DNA from: Octopus sinensis
Taxonomy: Eukaryota
Reading direction: 5' to 3'
Length of the DNA stretch: 64,000 bases
Assembly: GCF_006345805.1 (NCBI RefSeq)
Contig: NW_021835973.1
Location: 28,559 to 92,558, forward strand
Below, one piece after another: positions 51,574 through 64,000 of the stretch (positions within the stretch are counted from its first letter, which is position 1; every line of letters begins with the position of its first letter). A program made the translations under genes and the position numbers. The notes beneath the pieces were generated by a model. It did not search any database and was not told where the DNA came from. It saw only the letters and a program-made list of their open reading frames with translations.

Positions 51574-52168
51574 TCCGTCCAAAGTGAAACAAGAAACCAT
51601 CTCTGATATATCTCTCACCTACCGTTATAATATTTCCGCTGATATAAAAACCAGAATTACAATACTTTCAACCGTTTCGTTTCGTTTCCTATATATATAT
51701 ATACATATATACATATATACATACACACATGCTTTTTTTTTGGTATTTCGTTTCACTATTTCTTTTAATGTTCACTATTGTTTGTTTGTATTGTTTGCAT
51801 TCTTTCAGCTTCTTTCATTTGATGTGATCGGCGTTTGTTTGTTTTTTATTTTATTTTAATCCACCTTATCTGTGCACCTGAATGCACGTGTGTATAGGTA
51901 TATGTATGTGTATATATATATGTGTGTGTGTGCCCGATTCTCTAACTGCACGTGTGTTTGTATTGCTACGGTGTATGCGCGCTCTTATCAAAATCTTAAA
52001 TGCATAATTACACATGCATACATTCACACATATACATACTGACATACATACATACATTCACACATATAATACACACACACATATGTACGTATGTACGTAT
52101 GTGTCTATATGCAGACCAATTTCATGAACACATATGCACACACATTGTATTATATATATGTATGTATG

Positions 52169-52221
<53 letters not shown>

Positions 52222-52554
52222 TATATATATATAATATATATATATATATACAATGCTACCTATATGTACGTGTGTATACATTGCTTTACATAAGTACACA
52301 TGCATACATATATATATGAATGCGCATGTGTGTATATATATATATATATATATAATTGCAGCGTGGAAGGTGTTTGTAAGCCATTTAAGAAACACACAAA
52401 TATATATATATACATATATATATATACATATAATGTTTATGTGTGTGTATACATTTATGTGTATAGCTATATATGTGTGTGTTACACATACATATAACTG
52501 GAGACGCACACATACTCTCACACACAAAACACCTTATCGTGTATATATATTTTT

Positions 52555-52713
52555 TTAATCTCTAAACCAAGCATCAAGATTCTTGTTCGATGCCTTGAGG
52601 ACATCAATGCGAACATCTCCGTCTTCTGCCGCTTCTGTCCATTTCGGTGACGGTAATGTCTTTCCGCTGTCCAATCGCTCTTGCTTTTAATGACGTTTTA
52701 TCGACGAACTGGA
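52555..52713 (-). CDS. Candidate terminal exon of an unidentified gene
   Basis: Non-repetitive island with acceptor TTTGTTGTTTCTTCGTCAG. One frame reads KQERLDSGKTLPSPKWTEAAEDGDVRIDVLKASNKNLDAWFRD* (52686-52555). The frame connection to the acceptor is unresolved and no homolog was recognised. Confidence 0.25.
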
Positions 52714-52986
52714 CTGACGAAGAAACAACAAAAACAACAACAACAACAGCAACAACAACAAAATGTCATATACAACAATAATAATATAAACAGCAATAAG
52801 CACTATAAGAAAAAATAACAACAACAACAACATAAAAACGACGAATGAAAAAAAAAATAATAATAACCCCCCCCAAAAAAATTACAGAAACGAAACTAAA
52901 ATGTGTCTTTTCTCAGGGGGCTTTGTAAACCGTAGTACGGGATCACAACAGAGTTTTTTCGCGCCCATTCTCCATATATAGATATA

Positions 52987-53038
<52 letters not shown>

Positions 53039-53082
53039 TATTTGTATATATATTTCTTTATATATTTATATACATGATATTA

Positions 53083-53115
<33 letters not shown>

Positions 53116-53509
53116 GATATAGATATAGATATATGTATATGTACGTATGTATGTATGTATATAGTATATATATATATATATATAAATATAATATTAAATA
53201 TCTATGCATATGTATGTGTGTGTGCATGTATGTTTGAATGTATGTATGTAGGTATATGTACCATAAATACAAACCTATTACACCAGTAAACTGTAGATAA
53301 AAATAACGATAGCAAAAAAACAAAATGGTAGAAAGAGGAAGCAAAAAAAATTGATGATCTTTGGAGAAGAAAAATAAATGAAAATCAAAGCAGGAACAAT
53401 GTGAAACATCTTTTACAAAGTTATCAGATTGTGGAGGAGAGAGAGAAAAAAAAAGGACAAATATTGCTGCCTTGGTCAATTTATGTGTACATGTGTGTAT
53501 GTATGTATG

Positions 53510-53540
<31 letters not shown>

Positions 53541-53943
53541 TATGTATGTATGTATGTATGTATTATGTATGTATGTATGTATGTACGTTGTCTGCATGCA
53601 TGATAGTATTATGCATGTATTTATGTATGTATGTATGTATGTCTGTATGTATGTTGTATGTATGTATGTATGTATGTATGTATGTACGTTGTATATATGT
53701 ATGTATGTAATGTAATGTATGTATGTATGTGTATTATGTATGTATGTACGTATGTGTGTGTATTTATGTATGTATATATACATAAGTCTGTATATATATT
53801 CATATACATATACGTCCATGTATATGTATACAATATGTATATATGTATATATTATATAATATATATATATAGATATATAATATATATATATACATAAAAA
53901 TATGCACATATACACATATGCATATGGAATACACATATATCTC

Positions 53944-53988
<45 letters not shown>

Positions 53989-54178
53989 TATACATATATA
54001 TATACTACTGTGTGTCTATATATCTGTGCGTGCGCGCGCGCTTGTGTATGTGTAAAACAATGTAGAATACGAGAAACAAAAATGGCTGCGTGTTAGTATT
54101 TTAGAAAGATCACGGTCGGCGTCGTTATCTGTTATTTTAGACAATTTTGTTCAATGTCAATTCTCGCCTGTGTGTGCC

Positions 54179-54218
<40 letters not shown>

Positions 54219-54568
54219 TATATATGCATATATATACATGCATTGTGTTGTTTTGTGCTGCGTGGTGTGTTATTGTTTTTTAGGCATCCGCTCTCTCTAC
54301 ACATCTTTCATAGATCTGAGGTATGGGGGTTTTTTTGTCGATATCATCTTGCTTATGTACTTGTATATGTGTGTGCGTTCGGTCATTTGTATGTGTATAG
54401 TATATACATAAATACATACATACATACTACACATATATATACATACATATATATATACATACATATATACATACATACATATACATGTTTTGTATCATAT
54501 GGTATATATATGTATATATAATGTGTGTATATATATATACATATATATATATAAATATATATATATAA

Positions 54569-54613
<45 letters not shown>

Positions 54614-54781
54614 ATATATTATATTTATACATATATTCATATATTTATGCAAACATATATATGTATGCACATATGAGTGTGTGTGTGTGTATTTATGTAA
54701 ATGTATACATATATGTGTGTGTGTATGTATATATATATATATATATATACAATCTCATCCTGTTTCTCCATTAGTTTTATC

Positions 54782-54813
<32 letters not shown>

Positions 54814-54815
54814 TA

Positions 54816-54863
<48 letters not shown>

Positions 54864-55229
54864 CATCATCATCATCATCATGATCGTCATCGTTATTATC
54901 TTCAACATCAACCATCAAAGAAGTTTTTTAACACACCATTCATTCTTACATTTCTTTTCCTTTTCTTTTTTTTTTTTTTTTGCATTGTTTTGTTTTTGAT
55001 ATTTCAGACTTTATCTGAAGTCTTTCTTCACCCCCACACCCTTTCCCCCCACCCCGATTTCCCCCCATCCCCTCTCTCCTTACTCCTTTTTTAATCTCTA
55101 TCCCCCCACCCTCATCCCCTCCCCTTCCATCACCATTATACAATAGTAACACCGTAAGTAAATGGAACGTCGTAGCCATCTTGGAATCTTCTGGGTGTTA
55201 TTTTTTTTTATTTTTCCATTTTTCTTCTC

Positions 55230-56015
55230 GTTTTTATAATTGTTGTTGCTGTTGTTGTTGTTGTTGGAGTTTACCTTTTCTTTTGTTGCTTTTAATTTTG
55301 TTTACCTTTTGTTTACATAGTTTTTGTTTCTGCAGTTTTTTCATAACTTCTCTTGATATTTTCTTGTTTGTTCTGGTTGCAATACCGATTCCTGTTGTTG
55401 TTGTTGTTGTTATCGTCGTCGTTGTCATTGTTGTTTCCGTTGCTGTTGTTGTTCTTGTGGTTAGTTTTCTCGTCGTTTCTGTTGTTGTTGTTGCAGCTGT
55501 TGCTGTTGCGCTACTGTTATTGTTGTGTTGCATTTGTGAATCTTCATGGTGCTACAATGGTGGTGGTGGTGGTGGTGGTGGTGGTGATGTTGATGGTAGT
55601 GGTGGTGCTGGTGGTACTGGTGGTGGTCCTGGTGGTGCTGGTGGTGCTGGTGTACTGGTGGTGGTGCTGGTGGTGGTTCTGGTGGTGGTGCTGGTGGTGG
55701 TTCTGGTGGTGGTTCTGGTGGTGGTTCTGGTGGTGGTGCTGGTGTACTGGTGAGGGTGCTGGTGCTAATGGTGATGTTGTTGATGGTAATGTTGGTGTTG
55801 GTGTTGTTGGTGCTGGTGATTTTGTTGGCGACGGTGGTGGTGATGGTGGTGATGATTGTAGTGATCATGATGGTGTTGGTGGTGGGTGGTGGTGCTGGTG
55901 CTGGTGCTGGTGCTGGTGGTGATGTTGGTGTTGGTGTTGGTGTTGGTGGTGCTGGTGATTTTGTTGGGCGACGGTGGTGGTGATGGTAGTGGTGGTGGTG
56001 TTGGGGCTGGTGGTG
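55230..56015. repeat. (GTT)n/(GGT)n low-complexity region with a 12-bp TGGTGGTGGT(G/T)C array
   Basis: Directly visible, including a local duplication of about 60 bp (55778-55835 versus 55918-55981). Confidence 0.88.
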
Positions 56016-57738
56016 GTATCGCTAGTACCTTGTGTTTGTCCATGAATCGGTGTTGACTTTATTGTTAATATTGTTGTTCTGCCAGCCAGCGCCATCTACA
56101 GTAAAAACAGCGAAAGAGACGGATAAATTTGTATACTCCTTTGTTTTCAGTTCAAATTCAACCAAATTCCACTTCACCATTCACTGTCCCGGGTGGAATG
56201 AGGGGAGGGGCTTTTGTGGTTAATAAAATAAATACAACTTGTGATTGCTCTTGTTTAGCTCCAAATCAAACCTGACCCAGCAGACAAATAACTACTCCAA
56301 ATTTGGGCCGAAGGACAACAACTGTAAGGGAACAGGAAAGTCGAGTCCATTGACACCAGTATTGAGTACATGCGTGCATATGTGTACTATTGTGCGTGTG
56401 TGTATATACATGTATATGCATATGAATTTATATGTTTTGTAGCTTTGTGTATGTGCGTTTCGATGTGTAATGGAAAGCAAAGTTGACCCCCAGTGGAATT
56501 TGAACTCAGAGCTGGAAGTAGTGCCGCTAACCATTTTGTCCGACGCACCAACGATTCTACCAGCTCACTGCTTTAATTAGTATGCGAAGAATCCTTTCTA
56601 CTAAAGTCACAAGGCGTGAAATATTTTGGAGGAGTGGGGTCGAGTAAATTTCATCGACCTCAGAACATCCATGACTGGTGTTTATTTTTTCGACCCTGAA
56701 AGGATAAAAGGCAAAAATCGACCACGGCGGAATTTGAACTCAGAACGTAAAGGCGGACGAAATGCCGCTAAGTATTTTAGTTCAACCAGCTAACAATTCT
56801 GCCAGTTCGATGCCTTAATTACGAAGCTTAATAATCCTTTTTACAATAGGCATAAGGCACAGGAAGGTCCTGGCCCTTTTGAATTACAGGTACTAGTCAT
56901 TTTTGTGCACTGGAGCAACGTGAAATAAAGTGTCTTGCTTAAGGACACAATGCGTCGCCGGGAATTGAACTCACGACCTTGCGATCATGAGCCGAACACC
57001 CTAACCACTAAGCCACGCGTCTTCACAGCTTCATATATATACTATATATATAACGGTCTGTAGCTTCATATACTTTTCTATTCAAGGCACAAGACCCGAA
57101 ATTTTGGGAGAGGGAGCCAGTTGATTAGAACGACTCCAGTACGCAACTGGTACTTATTTTATCGGCTCCAGTTGGACGAAAGGCAAAGTCTACCTCAGCG
57201 AATTTTGAACTCAGAACGTAAAGACAGACGAAATGCCGCTAAGTATTTTCTCTGGTGTGCCAACGATCCTGCTAGCTCGCTGCTTTAATTAGCAAGCTAA
57301 TAATAAAAGGTGTCCGAGATGTGACCATTCCGCATTTTTAAGGGTTTTTAGGACGATATCTTGTATCTTCCACTATGTATACTAAAGACGGCAGGCTGTT
57401 GACTTCATGGAGATTTGGTTGCAATTTCCAGCAAGTTGAGCCACCGCTACGATTGATACTATTCGTTTTCTCGATAAAGTACAACTTTTAACCGTGGTTG
57501 AAGAACTCGAGTATACCCAACTTCTCTCCAAATGTGGGACCCCTTTCTTTCCTTTCCTTTCGTAAGGGTCCAATAACATACTTGTTCCACGTCCTCGCGT
57601 TGCTTTTTCTTGCTTGTTCATGTTTGGATTGACCGCCCCCCAGCCTTCTGACTGACTTTGGAGTACCAATACCTGGAACTCTCATACCTGCGGATTAAGG
57701 TCTCATTCTTTTGGATTACGCCACTCTAATCTATAATT

Positions 57739-57773
<35 letters not shown>

Positions 57774-57995
57774 TACTCATTTACTCATTTACTCTTTTAC
57801 TTGTTTCAGTCATTTGGCTGCGGCCATGCTGGAGCACCGCCTTTAGTCGAGCAACTCGACCCCGGGACTTATTCTTTTTGTATGCCCAGTACTTATTCTA
57901 TCGGTCTCTTTTTGCCGAACCGCTAAGTGACGGGGACGTAAACACACCACCATCGGTTGTCAAGCAATGCTAGGGGAACAAACACAGACACACAA

Positions 57996-58028
<33 letters not shown>

Positions 58029-59019
58029 CATATGTACGACAGGCTTCTTTCAGTTTCCGTCTACCAAATCCACTCACAAGGCATTGGTCGGCCCGGGGCT
58101 ATAGCAGAAGACACTTTCCCAAGATGCCACGCAGTGGGACTGAACCCGGAACCATGTGGCTGGTTAGCAAGCTACTTACTACACAGCCACTCCTGCGCCA
58201 TATATATATAAATTTCTTTCTGGCCTTGTGCCAAAATTTGAAACCAATAAAAGGGCAATACATAACTGGTACTTTATTGATTGACACTAGAACAACTGCA
58301 AACAGTAAACTGCGACGGGATTTGGACTCAGTAAGTAAAAAGCTGAAAAGTAAAATCCGCAGTTATGAGCTATCGTCATTTCAGCCATATTACCGCCATT
58401 TATGTATGTATAAATAATACACTGTATGTGTTTGTGTCTATGCACGCACATACGGACAGTCATAAATATATCATAGATAGACTGACAGATATATAGAAAG
58501 ACATACAATGTGTGAAATGACGCAATGGTAACAACAAGAACAAGAACAAGAAGAACGTTAATAGGAAGAACAAGAAAGCACCGAAGTTTTGTTATTCGTC
58601 GTATCTTAACCCGATTTGCTTTTAACTTATTAATTTCCTTTCACAAAACGGATCAATGCATACACATTCACTCACATCAGCAGATGTATATAGATACACA
58701 CACACACACACATACACACACACAAACACACACACATAGATAGATACGTACTTACATATACAAACACATTAAACACCCCATCCATCCATCCATCCATCCA
58801 TACATACATACATACATACATACATACATTCATACATACGCACGAACGTACATACATGCATACATTCATACATACATTTGTATACATAGATATGTACGTG
58901 TGTGTATATATATATATATATACACATTATATTATATATATATGCATGAATATATATGTATATCTCTATACACATAGATATATCTATATAAATATATATA
59001 TATATATATTATATCTATA

Positions 59020-59050
<31 letters not shown>

Positions 59051-59295
59051 CACATATTATATATATACATACACACAAGCAACTAATATGTACATATATA
59101 CTATCTGTATGTATGTATATATAATATATATATAGTATATATATATATCATATATATATTATATATATATTATATATTATATATAACATACACTAAGTTT
59201 TTGTAAACCACTATTCTTTGAGTTGCAAGTTTTTCAGATATGTTCCCTTTAACTTCTTTACTTTATTTCCAAGCAAGTGTACTTCATTCACCTAT

Positions 59296-59388
<93 letters not shown>

Positions 59389-59834
59389 CCATCTACACAG
59401 GCAGGCAAGCACACACGCCCAAACACATGTCACATACTCATACATAGTAAAAGACCCACGAAGAAAGGAAATTAAAAAGTACTGTTTTTTTATCTCTATC
59501 TTTCTCTCTCTCTCTCTCTCTCTCTGTATATATCTACAATGGCCGCCAGACAATATGAAAGCAAAAGAAAAGCGATCTGACGTAGTGTCCAATTATAACC
59601 TGGAGGTGTTAAAACCATCCTTTCTATACTTCCTCTTGTTTGACGATTTCTTTTAAACAAAACATGAAACGCGAGTTTTGTGATGGTTGTTTGTTTGTGC
59701 TGTCTTTTAGATGGTGGGTATTGGTTAGATATGTGGACGACCGTGTGGATGTCTGTGTGTGACAGCACGAGCGCCGCCGCGTGTATATATACTTCTTGTT
59801 ATGTATACATGTGTTTGTACATATGAGTAATAAT

Positions 59835-59884
<50 letters not shown>

Positions 59885-62747
59885 TATATATATATATATA
59901 TATATATAGTATGTATATATGTATATATTTACATGTATGTATTCATATTTACGTACACGCATATACGTAGAATATGTATACACACACACACACACACATA
60001 CACACATATGTCTATATCATTCAACTACGGTAGTAGTTGAATAATATTCTTAATATTCTTAAGGCCGCGATTTACTCTCACACAGCACCTTCACAGCTTT
60101 GTCGCTAATTCAGTTCTTAGCCAAATTGAAAACTGTTAACATTTTTGAAGGGGACAGATCCCTAGCTACATTTTGGCATACAAAAACTGAGATTTGGTTC
60201 CGTAGAAAAAAGTTTGCATTAAATTTTGTAGCAACCTTATAGGAGGTTAAGTAACACCACCAATCAAGCTTAGATCCCAGTAACTTTTTTTTATTTTAAA
60301 AGCAAAATATATTTATCTTAGCTTCAATGATAGAAGAAAGCATAAAAATTTTCATAATTTTGGTCCCATGCAACAAAAATTTGTATTAAAAAAGTTGTGA
60401 GGTGAAATGTCATGAAAAAATTTAAGGCAAAACATTGGATTTAAATATAATTAACTTTTTTGTTTTAAAAACAAACTATATTTTAATTAAGCTTAAATGA
60501 TAGAGCTCAATTCGATGAATTTCATGGCATCAATCTCATGCGATGAATGTTTAAAAGAAAAAAAGTTATGAGCATTTGTTTCTCAAATTTGAGGGTAATA
60601 ATATAATTTTATTTTTTTTTATGAATATAGTTCTATAAGGGTACTTTTAATATATGTCACCGGCATTATTGAAAATGACACCGCTAATTTGCAATTAAAT
60701 TAGTTACGTCATCTATATTAATTAATGCAATTATATCTTGTAAAGACAGCTGAGTGAACTGGAGCAACGTGAAATGAAGTGTTTTGCTCAAGAACACAAC
60801 GTGTCGCCCGGTACAAGAATCGAAACCACAATTTTACGATCATGATGCTGACACCCTAACCACTAAGCCACGTGCCTCCGATATATATATACCAACTACA
60901 TGGTTCCGGGTTCAGTGGCACCTTGGGCAGATATCTTCTATTATAACCCCGGGCCGACTAAAACCTTGTGAGTGGATTTGGTTGACAGAAACTGAAAGAA
61001 GCCCGTCGTATATATATTTATGTGTATTTGTATGTCTGTGTTTGTCCTCTCCGCCACCGTCGCTTTACAACCGATGTAGGCGTGTTTACGTCCGATAGAA
61101 TAAGTACTAGGCTTACAGAGAATAATTCCTGGGGGCGATTTGTTGGACTAAAGGCGGTGCTCCAGCATGGCCGCGTTCAAATGACTGAAACAAATAAAAG
61201 AATATATATACAAACATGTCTGTGTGTTTAATTTATTGGAAAACATAAACTAAATAAAGACCTCAATACATGAAGCAGAGTGAAATGTATGTCTTTAAAA
61301 GCTGATAATAACATCGAAGTTTCGCCAAAATTGGCTCTTCGAACTGAATGGAAAGTTAAAAATATCGAATGTGCAGCGGAACAGCATTAATAGGTGGAGT
61401 AGTATTATCGACTAAAGATGAAAAAGATTAGAGCCAGGCTTAATAGTGGTTTATGAAATCTATAAAAAGGAACAAAATCATGAGATGAAAGCACATATAG
61501 AATCAAACGTGATTTCAGTTAGTGTGGGTTCGCGCCTGCGTGTGCGTTTAGGTGTGCGTTGGAAGAGTTTAGTATACAAAGTACTGTGTTAATTCTTTTT
61601 AATTCTAAAAAACAATAAAACCCTAAACATTTGAAAATATCTGTTCCTAAATTTGAAATGTCAGAAATGGTTGTGCTTGTTAGTAATTAAGAACAGACAA
61701 ACTTCTATTACAAAGTTAATGTTGAGCGATATATCTGAAAAAATTATAATAAATTCTGCCGTAAAAGGATTTTAGAGGTAAAGAATAAAGATAATTAATT
61801 TGGAAATATTTGCTTTTAAAAATATTCTACGTGATAAAAAAAAAATATGCGATTGCAATTTAATCAAATAAATAGTGGAGCGTATAAAGATAATAGGTAT
61901 TAATATTACTATTAAAAGGTAGGTTATATAATATTTGATATAGTGTGAAGTGTTACGTTTTTATAGGGGTCAGAACCGAAATGAATTAGGTTAGATGCAA
62001 TAAGTGGTTTTGGAAATATAGAATTTTCATTTTTTAATTTTTTTGTGAAACGTTTAAGAAGATGTCTTAAGATCGAATCATCTTGCAAGCTGGGGAGAAA
62101 AAAATAAAGATATGTTAACTGTTGTTGAATAAACAAGAGTTCCTTTTTAGGTTAATGATATCATGATAAAAGTTTTGCAATATCTTGTAAAAGTCCTTTA
62201 TTTAGTCTTTTTGTAGAATGTGTATTTAGTGTTATATAAGTTCACGCTGGTGCGGTTGTATAGTAAGAAGTTTGTTTCCCAACAATACAGTTCTGGGTTC
62301 AATCCCACTGCAGGGCACTTTGGGCAAGTGTCTTCTACTATAGCCTTGGGCTGACCAAAGACCTGAAAGTGGATTTGGTAGACGGAAACTGAAAGAAACC
62401 CGTCGTATACATACACACACATACACGCATATGTGTGTGTGTTTGTGTCTGTATGTGTGTGTGTTTGTATGTCTGTGCATTTGTATGTGTGTGTATGTTT
62501 GTGCCTCATCACCGCTTGACAACCGATGTTGATGTGTTTACGTCCCATGGGTTAAAGAAGAGAGATAGAGAAAAAATAAGTACTGGAGTCGGTTCGTTCG
62601 ACTAAAATTCTTCAAAGTTGTGCCCCAGTATGGCCACGATCTGATGACTGAAACAAGTAAAAGACAAAAAAAAAAATTGGTGAATTTTAAATGAGCTTTA
62701 ACTGCAGGGACAAATTTTTGAAAAAGTAAAGGAAACTCTTACTGAAA

Positions 62748-62791
<44 letters not shown>

Positions 62792-62807
62792 ACACTGTGT
62801 CAGGCAA

Positions 62808-63185
62808 TTTGTGAAACCAGTTGTAGCGAAACTTCGAAGCCACCGTCAGTGGTTCGTGAGTCGAATCTACGGTGATAACCAACCGTCGTCTCTATATAAC
62901 CCACCCATATCCGTGGTAGAGAGACATTTTTCTGCGTAATGCATTTAAATGTTGCAAACCGACAATATTTACTGACCTTGGTTGAGTTGTGCTTTTGATC
63001 CCATACCGATATCAAAGGATACAGTATTTTGTTTACCATATGGTTTTTTTTTCAACCTTTGAAATAATTCACATAATACAGAATGTGTGTGTATAATGGG
63101 AACTTAATATATAGTATTAAATTCTCATTACACACACACACACACACCACACACACATACACACACAAATTCTCTCTCTCTCTCT

Positions 63186-63226
<41 letters not shown>

Positions 63227-63585
63227 CTTTCTCATTTTCTCTCTATCTATCATAGACTCTATACACTTCACCGGTTTCTAATTCTTTCCATTTTTTTTCA
63301 CAATTTTTATGCCGATAGTTCTACACCATGCATTCATACCAATTTACAATTTGGTAACTAATCATTATTCAAGAACAACTTGTTTGAGAAGCAAGTTTGT
63401 TGTGAAACCTCGAAGCCACTGTTAGTTTTTCACACACACACACACACAATGTCACACAATTTATGAAACCAGTTGTAGGGAAACTTCGAATCCACCGTCA
63501 TCCATCTAAGACAAACACATACACACACTCGCAATCTCGCACAGTTTGAGAAGCCAGTTGTAGCGAAACTTCAAAGCCACCGTCA
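62808..63585 (+). repeat. Four dispersed copies of a 41-bp module
   Basis: TTTGTGAAACCAGTTGTAGCGAAACTTCGAAGCCACCGTCA-like at 62808-62848, 63383-63424, 63460-63500 and 63545-63585. Confidence 0.85.
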
Positions 63586-63962
63586 CCTTTTAAGTCAGAG
63601 ACACATACACACACAAGCACACACATAAACACACACACACTAGCTTACATTCATACAAACACAAACTTACACGCTCAGATAAACAAATGCATACGCATGC
63701 ATGTATATATATATATGTGTGTGTATGAATATATAATATATTAATAAAATGTGTTGAACTACTTCTCACAATGTGTGGCAGCGCTGTTCGGCTGCACGAC
63801 GAAACTGTTGTTGACTTTAAAAGAAATTTTCACTCTCTTATTAGTATTAGATTTCTCCACTAACATCTGCCTATCCAACATGTATTTCATATTTTTTTCT
63901 TCCGTCATGTTTCAGCATTTTCTATAAATTGCATCACATCACACATGTATATATATATATAT

Positions 63963-63996
<34 letters not shown>

Positions 63997-64000
63997 ATAT

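Noticed and set aside
54284-54320. 37-nt plus-strand exon-like segment (TTTTTTAG|...GAG|GTATGG)
   Set aside because: Good splice signals but no partner exons or recognisable peptide; such matches arise by chance.
54946-55179. 77-aa minus-strand ORF starting at CAAGATGGC
   Set aside because: After about 15 codons it is purine-run low complexity; no support.
57382-57669. 95-aa minus-strand ORF; its VNPNMN resembles mollusc FFamide
   Set aside because: The SLFFG-KR ending is absent, and the ORF's 3' part runs into a common repeat motif (GATTTGGTTGCAATTTCCAGCAAG).
58290-58336. Apparent plus-strand exon ending in GTAAGT
   Set aside because: It aligns with a degenerate SINE A core (AACTGGTACTT...GGATTTGGACTCAG).

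Overview
Eukaryotic, AT-rich DNA saturated with repeats. The SINE/LINE/microsatellite content looks like an octopus (coleoid cephalopod) genome; this is an inference, not a database match. One gene is solidly supported: a complete six-exon VPS25 (ESCRT-II subunit, 175 aa, + strand, 7117-16978) whose second intron (10621-13172) has a U12 minor-spliceosome 5' site and branch point. The rest is mostly tRNA-derived SINEs, 3' or internal fragments of RTE, R4/Dong and CR1-like LINEs, mariner/Tc1 relics, piggyBac-type and other MITEs, fold-back palindromes, and long micro- and minisatellites. Nearly all long ORFs in the supplied track are microsatellite translation artefacts. Best second-look items: the U12 intron and the double-stranded structures in the VPS25 introns, an RTE LINE ending in three tandem C2H2 fingers, a pre-miRNA-shaped hairpin, a 229-bp near-perfect palindrome, a GG-ended MITE with an 8-bp TSD, (TAA)n-associated Dong-like elements, an orphan promoter-like motif cluster, and weak hints of an unannotated minus-strand gene at 51-63 kb. 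No prokaryotic-type system or CRISPR array is present. Repeat boundaries are approximate. Several stretches look like unpolished long-read sequence.
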